DNA of 64,000 bases from Myxococcota bacterium. Lineage in GTDB: Bacteria; Myxococcota_A; SURF-8; G963663525. The stretch spans positions 1-64,000 of the forward strand of contig CAXXVK010000057.1 in assembly GCA_963676915.2 (NCBI GenBank), given 5' to 3'. The notes under the pieces were generated by a model. The model was not told the DNA's origin, ran no database searches, and worked only from the letters and a program-made list of their open reading frames with translations. Of this stretch, positions 38,227-48,683 are shown in pieces. Both the position numbers and the translations under genes were made by a program. Position 1 is the stretch's first letter. The number at the start of each line of letters is the position of its first letter.

Positions 38227-38969
38227 GGAGGCTCCTTGGACAGGCGATATCCGCGCCCGCGAAGGGTGTGAATCAGCGGCAAGGGGAATTCTTTGTCGAT
38301 TTTGGTGCGTAGCCGATGCAGATACACGTTGAGCACGTTGGTTCGAGGATCGAAATCCATGCCCCAGACGTTACGAATCAATTCCTTTTCCGTAACGGTT
38401 TGTTCGGGATGGTGCACGAAATAGTCCAACAATGCATATTCTTTGGGGGTCAGTTCGATCAAGCGCCCCTGGCGACGGGCCGTGTGGCGAATCGGATCGA
38501 GCCGAAGATCTTCGTAGGAAGGACCGGGTTCCGTCAGCAAAAGGTTACGACGAACCTGGGCTTGAATCCTGGCCAGCAATTCTTCGAGAGAAAACGGTTT
38601 CGAGACGTAATCGTCGGCTCCGGCGTTGAGTCCCTCCACCTTGTTTTCGACCGAACTTTTCACGGTCAGCATGATCACCGGTTCCCGGCGGTCCTCCTCA
38701 CGCAGTCGGCGACAGAGGGACACGCCATCGAGTCCCGGAAGCATCCAGTCCAGCAGAATGCAGGAGTACTCACCGGACAACGCCCGCTCCAGACCCGCCG
38801 GACCGTTCTCCTCCCAGTCCACGCGGTAGCCCTCCTCGACGAGGCTGCGCCGAAGCAAACCTGCCAGGGATTCGTCGTCCTCGACGATTAAAATGCGTCC
38901 GTTTTCCACTGCCGTTTCGACGTCTCCGTTTGCGATTTTCCGTTTCTTGAAAAACTCGATCTTATCCAT
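38223..38969 (-). CDS. OmpR-family response regulator (CusR/CzcR-like; true start may be GTG 38909)
   Basis: ILIVEDD, LLDWMLPGLDG, GADDYVSKPF, LTPKEYALL, HTLRGRGY. Confidence 0.95.
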   Translation of the reverse strand: MDKIEFFKKRKIANGDVETAVENGRILIVEDDESLAGLLRRSLVEEGYRVDWEENGPAGLERALSGEYSCILLDWMLPGLDGVSLCRRLREEDRREPVIMLTVKSSVENKVEGLNAGADDYVSKPFSLEELLARIQAQVRRNLLLTEPGPSYEDLRLDPIRHTARRQGRLIELTPKEYALLDYFVHHPEQTVTEKELIRNVWGMDFDPRTNVLNVYLHRLRTKIDKEFPLPLIHTLRGRGYRLSKEPP

Positions 38970-39076
38970 TGAAAGTGACGATTCGTCCCATCTCTTTGGA
39001 TAAACTCTATCCCCGACAAGGGGCCAACCCCAAGTTAATCTTACGTAATCTTCGGGGTGTATTTTTTAGGAAAATC

Positions 39077-39100
39077 GTAGGTCGGGTGACTTCACCCGAC
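39077..39100. repeat. Single GTAG REP hairpin
   Basis: GTAGGTCGGGTGACTTCACCCGAC; partial partner CCGACCTAC at 39200-39208. Confidence 0.8.
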
Positions 39101-39204
39101 AATTTTCGAAAACGTCCTTTGTGTCAACGTCTTCCTAAAAAAACAGCGATTTTTCCCGCACTTTATACTCTTCCGGGTTTCCTGTTTTTTCGTGGAAAAC
39201 CGAC

Positions 39205-39825
39205 CTACCGGATGTCCAGCTTGTCCGGTACGGCTCGGTCGGTTTCGAGGGGGATTTCCCGGTTTTCCATACCTTCGTCGGAGGTGGGAATCCGAACGGG
39301 CATGGGAACATACTCGCGGTATTCCTTGTACAATTCCTTGGCAAGCTCGAATTTGTTGATTCCTTCCGGAGCCACTTTGATATCCAGCTTGGCCAGCGAC
39401 AATTCGAACTCGCTGCGACTTAAAGTATCGATATCCAGGGCGTAGTCTTTCAGCACCTGTTTGAGGACGGAAATCGGAGCGCCTACCATGCGGGCGGCGT
39501 CCTGAAGGCGCGGTTGCCGATAGGTATTGTTTTCCTGGATACCCAGGTAACAGGCACAAAACAGTGCAAAAGGATCGAGGTTTTTCTGAATCGAATCGAT
39601 TTCTTCCGGAATCGGCGTGGTCAATTCCGAATAAAGCTGAACTTTTTGGGAACGTGCTTTCGTTGAATCCATTCTACCGCTTCCATAACCGCCACCGCTA
39701 TGGCGTTGGTTCGAATGGTTCGAATGATTCGAATGGTTTCTGTTCGAGCGACCGTTTCTCTTCTGTTGATTACGGGGTGAAGATGAACCCTTGCGGGTCT
39801 GCTTCTTCGGTTGGCGCCGATTCAT
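39205..39825 (-). CDS. Hypothetical protein with basic low-complexity N-terminus
   Basis: GGAGAAGG RBS; R/N/S/G-rich head with NHS repeats; globular C-terminal part (DPFALFCACYLGI...LDIKVAPEGI). Confidence 0.75.
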   Translation of the reverse strand: MNRRQPKKQTRKGSSSPRNQQKRNGRSNRNHSNHSNHSNQRHSGGGYGSGRMDSTKARSQKVQLYSELTTPIPEEIDSIQKNLDPFALFCACYLGIQENNTYRQPRLQDAARMVGAPISVLKQVLKDYALDIDTLSRSEFELSLAKLDIKVAPEGINKFELAKELYKEYREYVPMPVRIPTSDEGMENREIPLETDRAVPDKLDIR

Positions 39826-40191
39826 TCCTTCTCCATATCCTAGATGTTGTTGGGTCGCATGGAATCAACGCCCAGACATTTCCCCAGGCGTAGAAATCCA
39901 GCGTTTTGGTTCGTGTGCGGCTAAGCGCGTTTCGCGTTCGTTCCGATCCTTGGTTTCGGGTTATACAAACCCTTTAGGATATCAGCATCTCCGTGCCTTC
40001 GGGATCATCGGTCCAGGGGCGGTTCATGAGTCACTACTGCGACCGCCCTTCTCATTGGCCCGAAACTCGCCGGGATGCAAACATATTCCCCACCCTGTGG
40101 CTTCAAAAAAGCTACCCCACTTTTGTGATCGTGGCAAGGTTTTTCGGTTTCGATTTGCCCGCAAAATCCTCAAAAACAGGCTAAAAAAGAC

Positions 40192-40222
40192 AAAAAAACG
40201 GGGCGTTTGTCAACGCCCCGTC
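40192..40222 (-). terminator. Intrinsic terminator
   Basis: GACGGGGCGTTGACAAACGCCCCGTTTTTTT on the minus strand after 40246..41193. Confidence 0.85.
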
Positions 40223-40245
40223 GAATCATCCACGAAAAAGCGGGA

Positions 40246-41193
40246 TTATTCCGAAACTTCTTCCGTCACGCAGGAAGCGCCGGTGGTATCGTCTTCGGCA
40301 CAGACCTGTCCGCCATCGGCGCAGTCGTTGGAGGTCCAGAATCCTCCGACACAGACGTAAATCATCGTACCCTGGCAATAGGGCAGATCATCGTTGTCAT
40401 CGCATTCAGGCGTAGGAGTGATGGTCGAAGTCGGGCTGATTTCCGTCAGCGAAATGTTCCAGTAGGCATCGTCGGTACCCATGATGAAGGTCGGGCTTTC
40501 CGACTGGCCAAGCATCTTGTTGCTGAAGAGAATCGGCAGAACCGCGACTTTGTACGCGCCACCCAGGACGAATTTCTCGGCTGCGAACACCGCAGAACCG
40601 GCCATATCCGTGGTGGCCTGCGCGACGGACAGGCGGTTGCTGACAGCACCCAGGAATTTACCGGCGGTGAAACCGGAGTTATCCTCGGCAACCGGGGTGA
40701 TGATCACGGTTGCGCTGTTGACCGGGGTGTTGGCGTAGGTTACGTAGACCTGGAAAGGCGGGGTTTTGTAGTTGATCGGGAAAAGCTGAATGTTGGCGAC
40801 TTCCGTCGGCTCTTTCAGGAAATACCAATCGCCGAGCACTTTGGAATCGATTTTGATCATGCCTTCGAAGCTCTGGTATCCGTCCGCCGAAGCGAAAATC
40901 GGAATTTCGATGTCAGCGGGCACGTAGGGGAAGAAATAAGCCCCCACAGCCTCGGCGCCATCGCCACCATTGAGTTTCTGTGCTTTCTTCAGGTTTCCGT
41001 CGATCGACAGTTTGACTGTGGAGCCGTCGAGCTGTTTTCCGGTGATCGCATCCACGACCACACCCTGCAATTCACCGTGAATCGCGAATTTGTAGGGTTG
41101 ATTGCTGTTGCAACAATCGTCGTATTCGCCACAGGCAGCGAGTAGCGGCAGAACGGCGATCAAGGCCAAGCCTATCCATTTGATGGTTTTCAT
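40246..41193 (-). CDS. Lipoprotein with carboxypeptidase-regulatory-like domains and C-terminal Cys-rich module
   Basis: Lipobox LAAC; GVVVDAITGKQL; SADGY; strong AGGAGGAGG RBS. Confidence 0.8.
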   Translation of the reverse strand: MKTIKWIGLALIAVLPLLAACGEYDDCCNSNQPYKFAIHGELQGVVVDAITGKQLDGSTVKLSIDGNLKKAQKLNGGDGAEAVGAYFFPYVPADIEIPIFASADGYQSFEGMIKIDSKVLGDWYFLKEPTEVANIQLFPINYKTPPFQVYVTYANTPVNSATVIITPVAEDNSGFTAGKFLGAVSNRLSVAQATTDMAGSAVFAAEKFVLGGAYKVAVLPILFSNKMLGQSESPTFIMGTDDAYWNISLTEISPTSTITPTPECDDNDDLPYCQGTMIYVCVGGFWTSNDCADGGQVCAEDDTTGASCVTEEVSE

Positions 41194-41618
41194 GGTTCCT
41201 CCTCCTAGTAAAAAACTCTCAATTGGATGATGTAACGTGTTTCACAAAGGTAATGCTGCCTTTTATCCCCTTCGTCTATCGATGTCAAGGCAATAGACTG
41301 TCAAATATTGGTGCGCAACATAGTAATTGGATGAATTTTCCGATCCGACTCGATAACATTCGATTATCGTTGGCTGCCAAAGCGAGAATGACCTGTGATT
41401 TCAATGAAAAACAGCGTCTTGGCTAAATATCACCTACCATAAGACTTTAGGAGATTCGATTTCTTCTTCCGTATCGGTTCGGAGTTCCTCGAAGCGGTTC
41501 ATTTTCCTCTCAGACACCCGATTATTGTAAAAACCGGATCTTTTCGGAAACGACACCTGTGTCTTTTCGACCGATTCGGCGTGTTTTTCGATTTGGACCC
41601 TCGTTTCGGAGCCGTCTC

Positions 41619-44600
41619 ATGCACTCTTTCCGTCGTATCGTATTATTACTTCTGTTTGTTTCCCTGTTTTTGTTTTGTATTTCGTGCGGAGAACAAACCG
41701 CGACGGAGGACAGCACCCTTCCAGCCGACAACGACCCGGATACGTCAACCGAAGCCGAAGCGGACCTCAGCGAATCCTTGGAAAAGGACGAAATTGCGGA
41801 AATCATTGAAGAAGATGACGAGGAATCCGACACGGAAAGCGAAATTCCGACGGATGGCAGCGTGCTGGACTCCCTGTGCGACGGCATCTTCTGCTCGGGT
41901 TTCGGCCGCTGCATGGTGTTGAATTCCCAGCCGCGTTGCGTCTGTCAGGAAGGTTTTCACGAAGAGGGAACCGCCTGCGTCGCCAACGACCCGCTCGATC
42001 CCTGCGACGGAGTAAACTGCGGCAACGGCGGAGCCTGCGTGGTGCTGGATGAACTGACGCGGGACATCTCCTGCAGTTGCCCGGAAGGAACGTTTTCCTA
42101 CGAATTGCATTGTCTTCCGCAAGATACGGTAGAAGGCTGTAACATGACGGACATCGGCAACGGGGTCGAGGTCTGCCTGTTTCCGGGAAATCCCATGGGC
42201 GAAGAAGGATTACTTCACTTTCCGAATCCTCCCGAAACCGTTTCCCAGACACGCTCCCTTCTCTCCGTAGTGGATCATCGATCCGACTATCTGAACGACT
42301 ACCTGACCGAACCCGACAACCAGGGAAGTTGCGGAACCTGCGTCGCCTTCGCCACGGTGCATTCCCTCGAAGCGACATTGGCTTCGCGGATGGTAACCAG
42401 TGCCGACATGAGCCAGTCCCACGTCTGGGAAATGGCGGGGCTGTCGCTTTCCTGCACCAACGGCACCTCGCTGGGGCGAATCGTCGCCGCCGTGACCGGA
42501 ACGCGGTTCGTCGTGCCGTCCACCATCTGGCCTTACATCTGTCACTCGTACGGTTCCAGCAATTACAGTTGTTACGGGTGGTTGGAAGACCGTAGCATCG
42601 ACGAGTCCGCCGAGGGATTGTTCCATGGCGTCACGCCGTTCAACGTCATCGGCGGCAACACCGACGTGTTGGAACAAGCCCTGTCCGATGGGTACAACAT
42701 CATCTATGCCGTTCCGGTTTATAGCAATTCGTGGTCGGCCTGGTACCGGCCCGTATTGGTCGATATTCCCACTTCGGGATCGCAATATCAAGGCGGTCAC
42801 GCCGTTTTGATCGTCGGTTACGACCGCGCAAAACAGGAATTCCTCTTCCTCAATTCCTGGAGTGATGCCTGGGGGGATGGAGGATACGGGCGCTTCAGCT
42901 ATCGTTTTCTGTTGGCGTATGGGTACGGTGGAATCGTCGTCCGGGATGTCGTCAGCAATTTTTGCTCGGACGACTCCGACTGTTCCTGCGGATTCTGCGA
43001 CGACGGTTCCTGTGCGCTTCAGCGTGAAATTCTCAACGGACTCGACGACAATTGCGACGGCAAGGTGGACGAAGGCGTGGAATGTCCCGAAGGCGAAACC
43101 CAACCCTGCGGCGGCACGGATATCGGGGAATGCGAATTCGGCATACAGACCTGCACTTCGGGTCGTTGGGGAGACTGTGCAGGGGGATACGTGCCTGCGC
43201 AAGCGGAATCCTGCGATGGACTGGACAACGACTGCGACGGACAGGCGGACGAGAACCTGACGCGGGTCTGCGGCAGCGACACGGGAGAATGTCGCTCGGG
43301 CGTGCAAGCCTGCCTGAACGGTAGCTGGGGTTCCTGCGAGGGAGAAAATCCACCCGTCGAGGAAATCTGCGACAACCTGGATAACGACTGCAACGGTGCA
43401 ACGGACGACGGCCTGTATATCCCCTGCGGTAGCGATGTCGGTCTATGTCAGAAAGGCGTGCAGCCTTGTATCGCAGGAGAGTGGGCAAGCTGCCAGGGAG
43501 GCGTCACCGCTACGGAAGAAATCTGCGACAACGAGGACAACGACTGTGACAGCCTTGTGGACGAAGACCTCTCCCGCGTCTGCGGTAGTGATATCGGGGA
43601 ATGCGTGAGCGGAATCCAGACCTGCCGTTTCGGAAACTGGGGAACCTGCGACGGCCAGACGGGACCGGATACTGAAATCTGCGACAACCTGGACAACGAC
43701 TGCGACAACAGCATCGATGAAGACCTGTTCCGTGTCTGCGGCAGCGATGTGGGAGCCTGTCAAAAAGGGATCGAAACCTGTGCGTTCGGACTCTGGGGTG
43801 CCTGTATCGGAGAAACGTTGCCTTCGCAGGAACTTTGCGACAACGTGGACAACGATTGCAACGGGCAGATCGACAACGCGGTGGACCCGTCGCTCGTCCC
43901 GCCCGAGGAAGCCTGTCCGACCTTTGGAGTCTGCGCCGACGGACAAGCAGTGGATGTCTGCACGACCGGGCAATGGTCCTGCAATCTTCCACCCGGCTAT
44001 GTGGCCGAGGAATGCCCGATTCTGAACGAACTTTGCGAGGCCGGATCGTTCGGCGATGTGACCTGCATGGATGGACTGGACAACGACTGTGACGGCATAA
44101 CCGACGAGAATAACAAGTATTTCTACTGTGAGCAGGCTCCCGATTACTGGAAAATCGAACAGAACCTGGACTGCTACCAGGGACCGTACGGAAAATGTCT
44201 CGAAGAGCCGGGAAGCTACCAGTGTTCCATGTCGCCTTCCAGTTGCGCGGTATCGATTCAATGCACGGGAGGAGCCTATCCGCAAAGCGAACAATGTGAC
44301 GGTCAGGACTGGGATTGCGATGGCTACATTTACGACCGCCACGATGTGGATAACGATGGTTACGGCGATTGTCCCGGCTATGAAGACTGCGACGAAACAA
44401 CCGCACTGAAAAATCCCGGCAGGGAAGAAATCTGCGACGGACGGGACAACGACTGCGACGGCGAGACCGACGAGGGCGGTGTCTGCGATGCCGTAGACGG
44501 TGACGTGGATGACGAAAACAGTGAAGAATTCCAGGAAGATGAGCTTCCCTTCACCGAGCCGGAATTCGTCTGGGTGGACATTCCCGAAGGAACGTTCCGG

Positions 44601-46601
44601 ATGGGTTGCTCGGGTGGCGATACGCAGTGTTACGCCTCCGGCACCGAGGAACCCGCACATGACGTGACGATGCACAGCTACCGGATGTTGTCCACCGAAG
44701 TGACGCGCATGCAGTACCAGTGGATGATGTTCGGAGAGCCGGACCGGTCGGAGTGTCCGAATTGTCCCAAAGAAGGCGTCAGTTGGAACGAGGCGAAAGC
44801 ATTTTGTGAAACTTTGGAAGCTCGCCTGCCTTCGGAGGCGGAATGGGAATATGCCGTGCGGGCCGGAACCGATACCCGTTACTATTGCGGTACCGATTCA
44901 AGCTGTCTCGATATCATCGCCTGGAGAAGCGGTCCTACTCACCCGGCAGGTGAAAAGTGGCCTAATTCCTGGGGATTGTACGATATGCTGGGCAATGTCT
45001 GGGAGTGGGTCGAAGACTGCACACACCCCAATTACGTGGGAGCGCCATCAACCGGAGGCGTGTGGGAAGGCGGCGACTGCTCGACCCGCGTCTTGCGTGG
45101 TGGGTGCTGGATTTGCTCGACGCAAACCATGCGCGCCTCGGCGCGTGCCTCGGGCGACCCGGAAACGCATTACGAACACGGCGTAGGCTTCCGCTGCGCC
45201 TCCGCCTCCCTGCCGCCGGTCGATGGCGACGTGGACGAGGACGACGGAAGCGGCGATGCGGATACGGATGCTTTCGAATGGCCGGAACTACCTGAAACCG
45301 AAGGAGTTTCAGAGATCGACGCAGAAGTTTCGGACGATGCCGAAAGCGTGGAACTTCCCGATGGAGACGACGAAACCACCGAGGAAGACCTTCCCGTCGG
45401 TGACGAAGACGCCCTGGAAATGGATAGCTTTGAAGCCGAATTCCCGGAAACGGTCGATGACGACCCGGATCTTTCCACCGAAACCGAGATGGACGACCCC
45501 CTCCCCGGAGACGAGGACAGCGCAGACGCCGCGTGGGAGCAAGAACAGGATCTGCCAGGAGAAGAACCCGAAGTAGAGACGCCGGAAACCCTGGAACAGC
45601 TCGAAGAAGAGACGGAAACACCTGAACTGACAGAGGATTTTGACGACGAAGCCGTGGAAGCGGAGGTCGTGGAGCAATCCGACACCATAGAAACGTACGA
45701 GGACGAAACAGTGGAAGGCTCCGACGTGGACCTGGATAACGCCGAACTCCCTGAAGTCGATGTGGAAAGCAGCGGGGAAGACGATCCGATACCGGGCGAT
45801 GGCGATTTCGTGGACGGGACGGAACCGGACGGCGACATCCTTGAAATCGTTGACGATCCCAGCGAAATGGAAACCGTGGATAGCGACACGGCGGAAGACG
45901 TTTCCGAGCTGGAATCGGTAGAAGAAGAAATTTTCGAAGACGAAACCGATGGGGACGTTGTGGAGGAAGAAGCCGAGGAAGAAATCGAACTGGTTTATGC
46001 TTACGTCTGTGCCGGATCGTTCGAAATGGGCTGTTCACCCGACGACGACGAATGCATGCCGGACGAGGCGGGAGAATCGGTGGAAATCGACCGAGATTTC
46101 ATGGTCACGCCTTACGAGATCACGCAACATCAATTCGAAATGGTGATGGGCTTCAATCCCAGCTATCGGCGGAATTGCCCGCAATGTCCGGTCGAGCAGG
46201 TCACCTGGGAGGAAGCTGGCGCCTTTTGCGATCTGATGGGTGCAAGACTACCAAGCTCGGCCGAGTGGGAATTCGCCGCTCGAGCGGGATCAACTACCCG
46301 TTATTACTGCGGAACCGACGCCTCCTGCCTGAATGACGTGGCGTGGTATCTGGACAATGCCTCGGATGTCCCGCATCCGGTCGGAGAAAAACAGGCCAAC
46401 GACTGGGGATTGTACGACATGCTGGGCAACGTCTGGGAGTGGGTCGCGGACTGCGCCGACGAAGAGTGCGAAAGCTACTATCATCGTGGAGGATCGTGGC
46501 ACGACGAAGCGCGAAAACTGAGGGTCAGCTACAAATCCAGTCACGCTCCCAACAGCCGCCTGACGACCATCGGTTTCCGCTGCGCCACCGATATCGAATA
46601 A
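41619..46601 (+). CDS. Multidomain lipoprotein: EGF-like + papain-like C1A peptidase + MopE-like metal-binding repeats + two FGE-sulfatase domains
   Basis: Lipobox CISC; NQGSCGTCVAFA / GGHAVLIVGYD / FLNSWSDAWGDGGYG; nine CDxxDNDCxG-type repeats; two RLPSxAEWEF/YA..GLYDMLGNVWEWV..GFRCA domains. Confidence 0.9.
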   Translation: MHSFRRIVLLLLFVSLFLFCISCGEQTATEDSTLPADNDPDTSTEAEADLSESLEKDEIAEIIEEDDEESDTESEIPTDGSVLDSLCDGIFCSGFGRCMVLNSQPRCVCQEGFHEEGTACVANDPLDPCDGVNCGNGGACVVLDELTRDISCSCPEGTFSYELHCLPQDTVEGCNMTDIGNGVEVCLFPGNPMGEEGLLHFPNPPETVSQTRSLLSVVDHRSDYLNDYLTEPDNQGSCGTCVAFATVHSLEATLASRMVTSADMSQSHVWEMAGLSLSCTNGTSLGRIVAAVTGTRFVVPSTIWPYICHSYGSSNYSCYGWLEDRSIDESAEGLFHGVTPFNVIGGNTDVLEQALSDGYNIIYAVPVYSNSWSAWYRPVLVDIPTSGSQYQGGHAVLIVGYDRAKQEFLFLNSWSDAWGDGGYGRFSYRFLLAYGYGGIVVRDVVSNFCSDDSDCSCGFCDDGSCALQREILNGLDDNCDGKVDEGVECPEGETQPCGGTDIGECEFGIQTCTSGRWGDCAGGYVPAQAESCDGLDNDCDGQADENLTRVCGSDTGECRSGVQACLNGSWGSCEGENPPVEEICDNLDNDCNGATDDGLYIPCGSDVGLCQKGVQPCIAGEWASCQGGVTATEEICDNEDNDCDSLVDEDLSRVCGSDIGECVSGIQTCRFGNWGTCDGQTGPDTEICDNLDNDCDNSIDEDLFRVCGSDVGACQKGIETCAFGLWGACIGETLPSQELCDNVDNDCNGQIDNAVDPSLVPPEEACPTFGVCADGQAVDVCTTGQWSCNLPPGYVAEECPILNELCEAGSFGDVTCMDGLDNDCDGITDENNKYFYCEQAPDYWKIEQNLDCYQGPYGKCLEEPGSYQCSMSPSSCAVSIQCTGGAYPQSEQCDGQDWDCDGYIYDRHDVDNDGYGDCPGYEDCDETTALKNPGREEICDGRDNDCDGETDEGGVCDAVDGDVDDENSEEFQEDELPFTEPEFVWVDIPEGTFRMGCSGGDTQCYASGTEEPAHDVTMHSYRMLSTEVTRMQYQWMMFGEPDRSECPNCPKEGVSWNEAKAFCETLEARLPSEAEWEYAVRAGTDTRYYCGTDSSCLDIIAWRSGPTHPAGEKWPNSWGLYDMLGNVWEWVEDCTHPNYVGAPSTGGVWEGGDCSTRVLRGGCWICSTQTMRASARASGDPETHYEHGVGFRCASASLPPVDGDVDEDDGSGDADTDAFEWPELPETEGVSEIDAEVSDDAESVELPDGDDETTEEDLPVGDEDALEMDSFEAEFPETVDDDPDLSTETEMDDPLPGDEDSADAAWEQEQDLPGEEPEVETPETLEQLEEETETPELTEDFDDEAVEAEVVEQSDTIETYEDETVEGSDVDLDNAELPEVDVESSGEDDPIPGDGDFVDGTEPDGDILEIVDDPSEMETVDSDTAEDVSELESVEEEIFEDETDGDVVEEEAEEEIELVYAYVCAGSFEMGCSPDDDECMPDEAGESVEIDRDFMVTPYEITQHQFEMVMGFNPSYRRNCPQCPVEQVTWEEAGAFCDLMGARLPSSAEWEFAARAGSTTRYYCGTDASCLNDVAWYLDNASDVPHPVGEKQANDWGLYDMLGNVWEWVADCADEECESYYHRGGSWHDEARKLRVSYKSSHAPNSRLTTIGFRCATDIE

Positions 46602-46650
46602 TAGAAGTGTGGCAACAAGCTACGTATCCCGTTGATATCATAGAAAAATA

Positions 46651-46689
46651 AAAAACGCCCGTTTCCAGATCATTTGGAAACGGGCGTTT
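46651..46689. terminator. Bidirectional intrinsic terminator between convergent genes
   Basis: AAAAACGCCCGTTTCCA-loop-TGGAAACGGGCGTTT. Confidence 0.85.
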
Positions 46690-46715
46690 GAATTCGAGAG
46701 AAACGCGCAGAAGCG

Positions 46716-48683
46716 TTACTTGACTTCTTTCCACTCGGCGTCGATCACGTCGTCATCTTTGGGAGCCGACGCTTGCGGTTCGCCTCCGGGGGCTCCGGGC
46801 ATCGGACCGGCGGCGTTGGGGTCGAATCCGGCAGCGCTTGGGTCGAATCCCGCCGCTCCCGGTTGCGCTCCGGCTTCGGCGGCGGCTTTTTCGTAGGCCG
46901 CTTTGCTGATGGCGTGGGCGGCCTGTTCCAACTGCTCCTTCAGGCTCTTGATTTCGTCGATGGGAGCTTCGTTTTTCACGGCCTCGTGGATCTTGCCGAC
47001 GATCTCGTTGCAGCGGTTTTTGTCTTCTTCACCCACGGCGTCGCCCAGTTCCTTGATCTGGGATTCGACGGCATAGGCCAACTGCTCGGTGCTGTTGCGG
47101 GTGTCCACTTCCTCACGGCGTTTTTTGTCTTCCTCGGCGTTGGATTCGGCGTCCTTGATCATCTGATCCACTGTGGACTCGTCGAGATTCGAAGACTGGG
47201 TGATGGTGATCTTCTGCTCTTTGCCAGTAGCCTTGTCCTTGGCGGAGACGTTCAGGATGCCGTTGGCGTCGATGTCGAACGATACTTCCACCTGCGGTAC
47301 GCCACGCGGGGCGGGCATGATACCTTCGAGGTTGAACTGTCCCAGACTGCGGTTGTTGGCCGCCATCTCGCGTTCACCTTGCAGGACGTTGATCGTCACG
47401 GCCGATTGGTTGTCGGACGCCGTAGAGAAAATTTCGGACTTCGTAACGGGAATCGTGGTGTTGCGGGTGATCAGTTTGGTCATGACACCACCCAGGGTTT
47501 CGACGCCCAGCGACAGCGGGGTCACGTCGAGCAGCAACACGTCGGTGACATCACCACCGATGATGCCCGCCTGCACGGCAGCGCCCATCGAAACGACTTC
47601 ATCCGGATTGACCGTCTGGTTGGGGTCTTTGCCGGTGATTTCCTTGACGAGATTCTGCACGGCGGGAATGCGGGTGGAACCGCCGACCAGCAGTACTTCG
47701 TTGATTTCACTTGCGGAAAGTCCGGCATCCTTGAGGGAACGGTTGATCGGTCCCCGGCAGCGTTCCACCAGATCGCGGGTCAGTTCTTCGAACTTGGCGC
47801 GGGTGATTTTGGTTTCGAGGTGTTTGGGGCCGTTGGCGTCGGCAGTGATGAACGGCAACGAAATCGTGGCCTGCGGAGTTTCCGAAAGTTCGCATTTCGC
47901 TTTTTCCGCCGCTTCGGTCAATCGTTGCAGCGCTTGCTTGTCGCCGCGCAGGTCGATGCCCTGCTCTTTTTTGAATTCTTCGGCGATGTAATCGGCCAGG
48001 CGCTTGTCGAAGTCGTCGCCACCCAAATGGGTGTCACCGCTGGTCGAAAGCACTTCCACCACGTTGTCGCCGATGTCCAACACCGACACGTCGAAGGTTC
48101 CGCCACCCAGGTCGAAGACCAGCACTTTTTCGTCTTTGCGCTGGTTCAGGCCATAGGCCAGGGCCGCCGCTGTAGGCTCGTTGATAATTCGCAGCACGTT
48201 GAGACCGGCGATGGTCCCGGCGTCTTTCGTAGCGGTGCGCTGCGAGTCGTTGAAGTAGGCCGGAACGGTGATGACGACGTCTTTGATCGTCTCCCCGGCG
48301 TATTTTTCGGCATCCTTGACCAGTTTGCGCAGCACCTGTGCGGAGATTTCCTCCGGCGCCAGGGTTTTGCCACCCAGGTCGAAACGGATGGCGTCGTTGT
48401 CGCCTTTGACTACATTATAGGAAACCTGCTTCGATTCCTCGTCCACCTCGCCCCATTTGCGACCGACGAAGCGCTTGGCGCTGTATACCGTCACCTCGGG
48501 GTTGAGGACCGCCTGCCGCTTGGCCAGTTGCCCGACCAGACGTTCACCGTCTTTGGGATATGCCACCACGGAAGGGGTGGTTCGTCCGCCTTCGGAGTTG
48601 GCGATAACAGTGGGTTTGTCACCTTCGAGGATCGAGATCACTGAGTTCGTGGTTCCGAGATCGATTCCGATTGCTTTACTCAT
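46716..48683 (-). CDS. dnaK: Chaperone DnaK (Hsp70)
   Basis: [62 protein letters not shown]. Confidence 0.99.
   Translation of the reverse strand: MSKAIGIDLGTTNSVISILEGDKPTVIANSEGGRTTPSVVAYPKDGERLVGQLAKRQAVLNPEVTVYSAKRFVGRKWGEVDEESKQVSYNVVKGDNDAIRFDLGGKTLAPEEISAQVLRKLVKDAEKYAGETIKDVVITVPAYFNDSQRTATKDAGTIAGLNVLRIINEPTAAALAYGLNQRKDEKVLVFDLGGGTFDVSVLDIGDNVVEVLSTSGDTHLGGDDFDKRLADYIAEEFKKEQGIDLRGDKQALQRLTEAAEKAKCELSETPQATISLPFITADANGPKHLETKITRAKFEELTRDLVERCRGPINRSLKDAGLSASEINEVLLVGGSTRIPAVQNLVKEITGKDPNQTVNPDEVVSMGAAVQAGIIGGDVTDVLLLDVTPLSLGVETLGGVMTKLITRNTTIPVTKSEIFSTASDNQSAVTINVLQGEREMAANNRSLGQFNLEGIMPAPRGVPQVEVSFDIDANGILNVSAKDKATGKEQKITITQSSNLDESTVDQMIKDAESNAEEDKKRREEVDTRNSTEQLAYAVESQIKELGDAVGEEDKNRCNEIVGKIHEAVKNEAPIDEIKSLKEQLEQAAHAISKAAYEKAAAEAGAQPGAAGFDPSAAGFDPNAAGPMPGAPGGEPQASAPKDDDVIDAEWKEVK

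Noticed and set aside
44560-46590. Diversity-generating retroelement TR/VR pair in the FGE (C-type lectin fold) domains
   Set aside because: The similar DNA at about 44970-45020 and 46403-46454 lies in two coding domains and differs largely at synonymous C/T sites, not specifically at adenines. No reverse transcriptase is in the window.
46773-48644. 623-aa ORF antisense to dnaK
   Set aside because: Well-known shadow frame caused by codon bias; no independent motifs.
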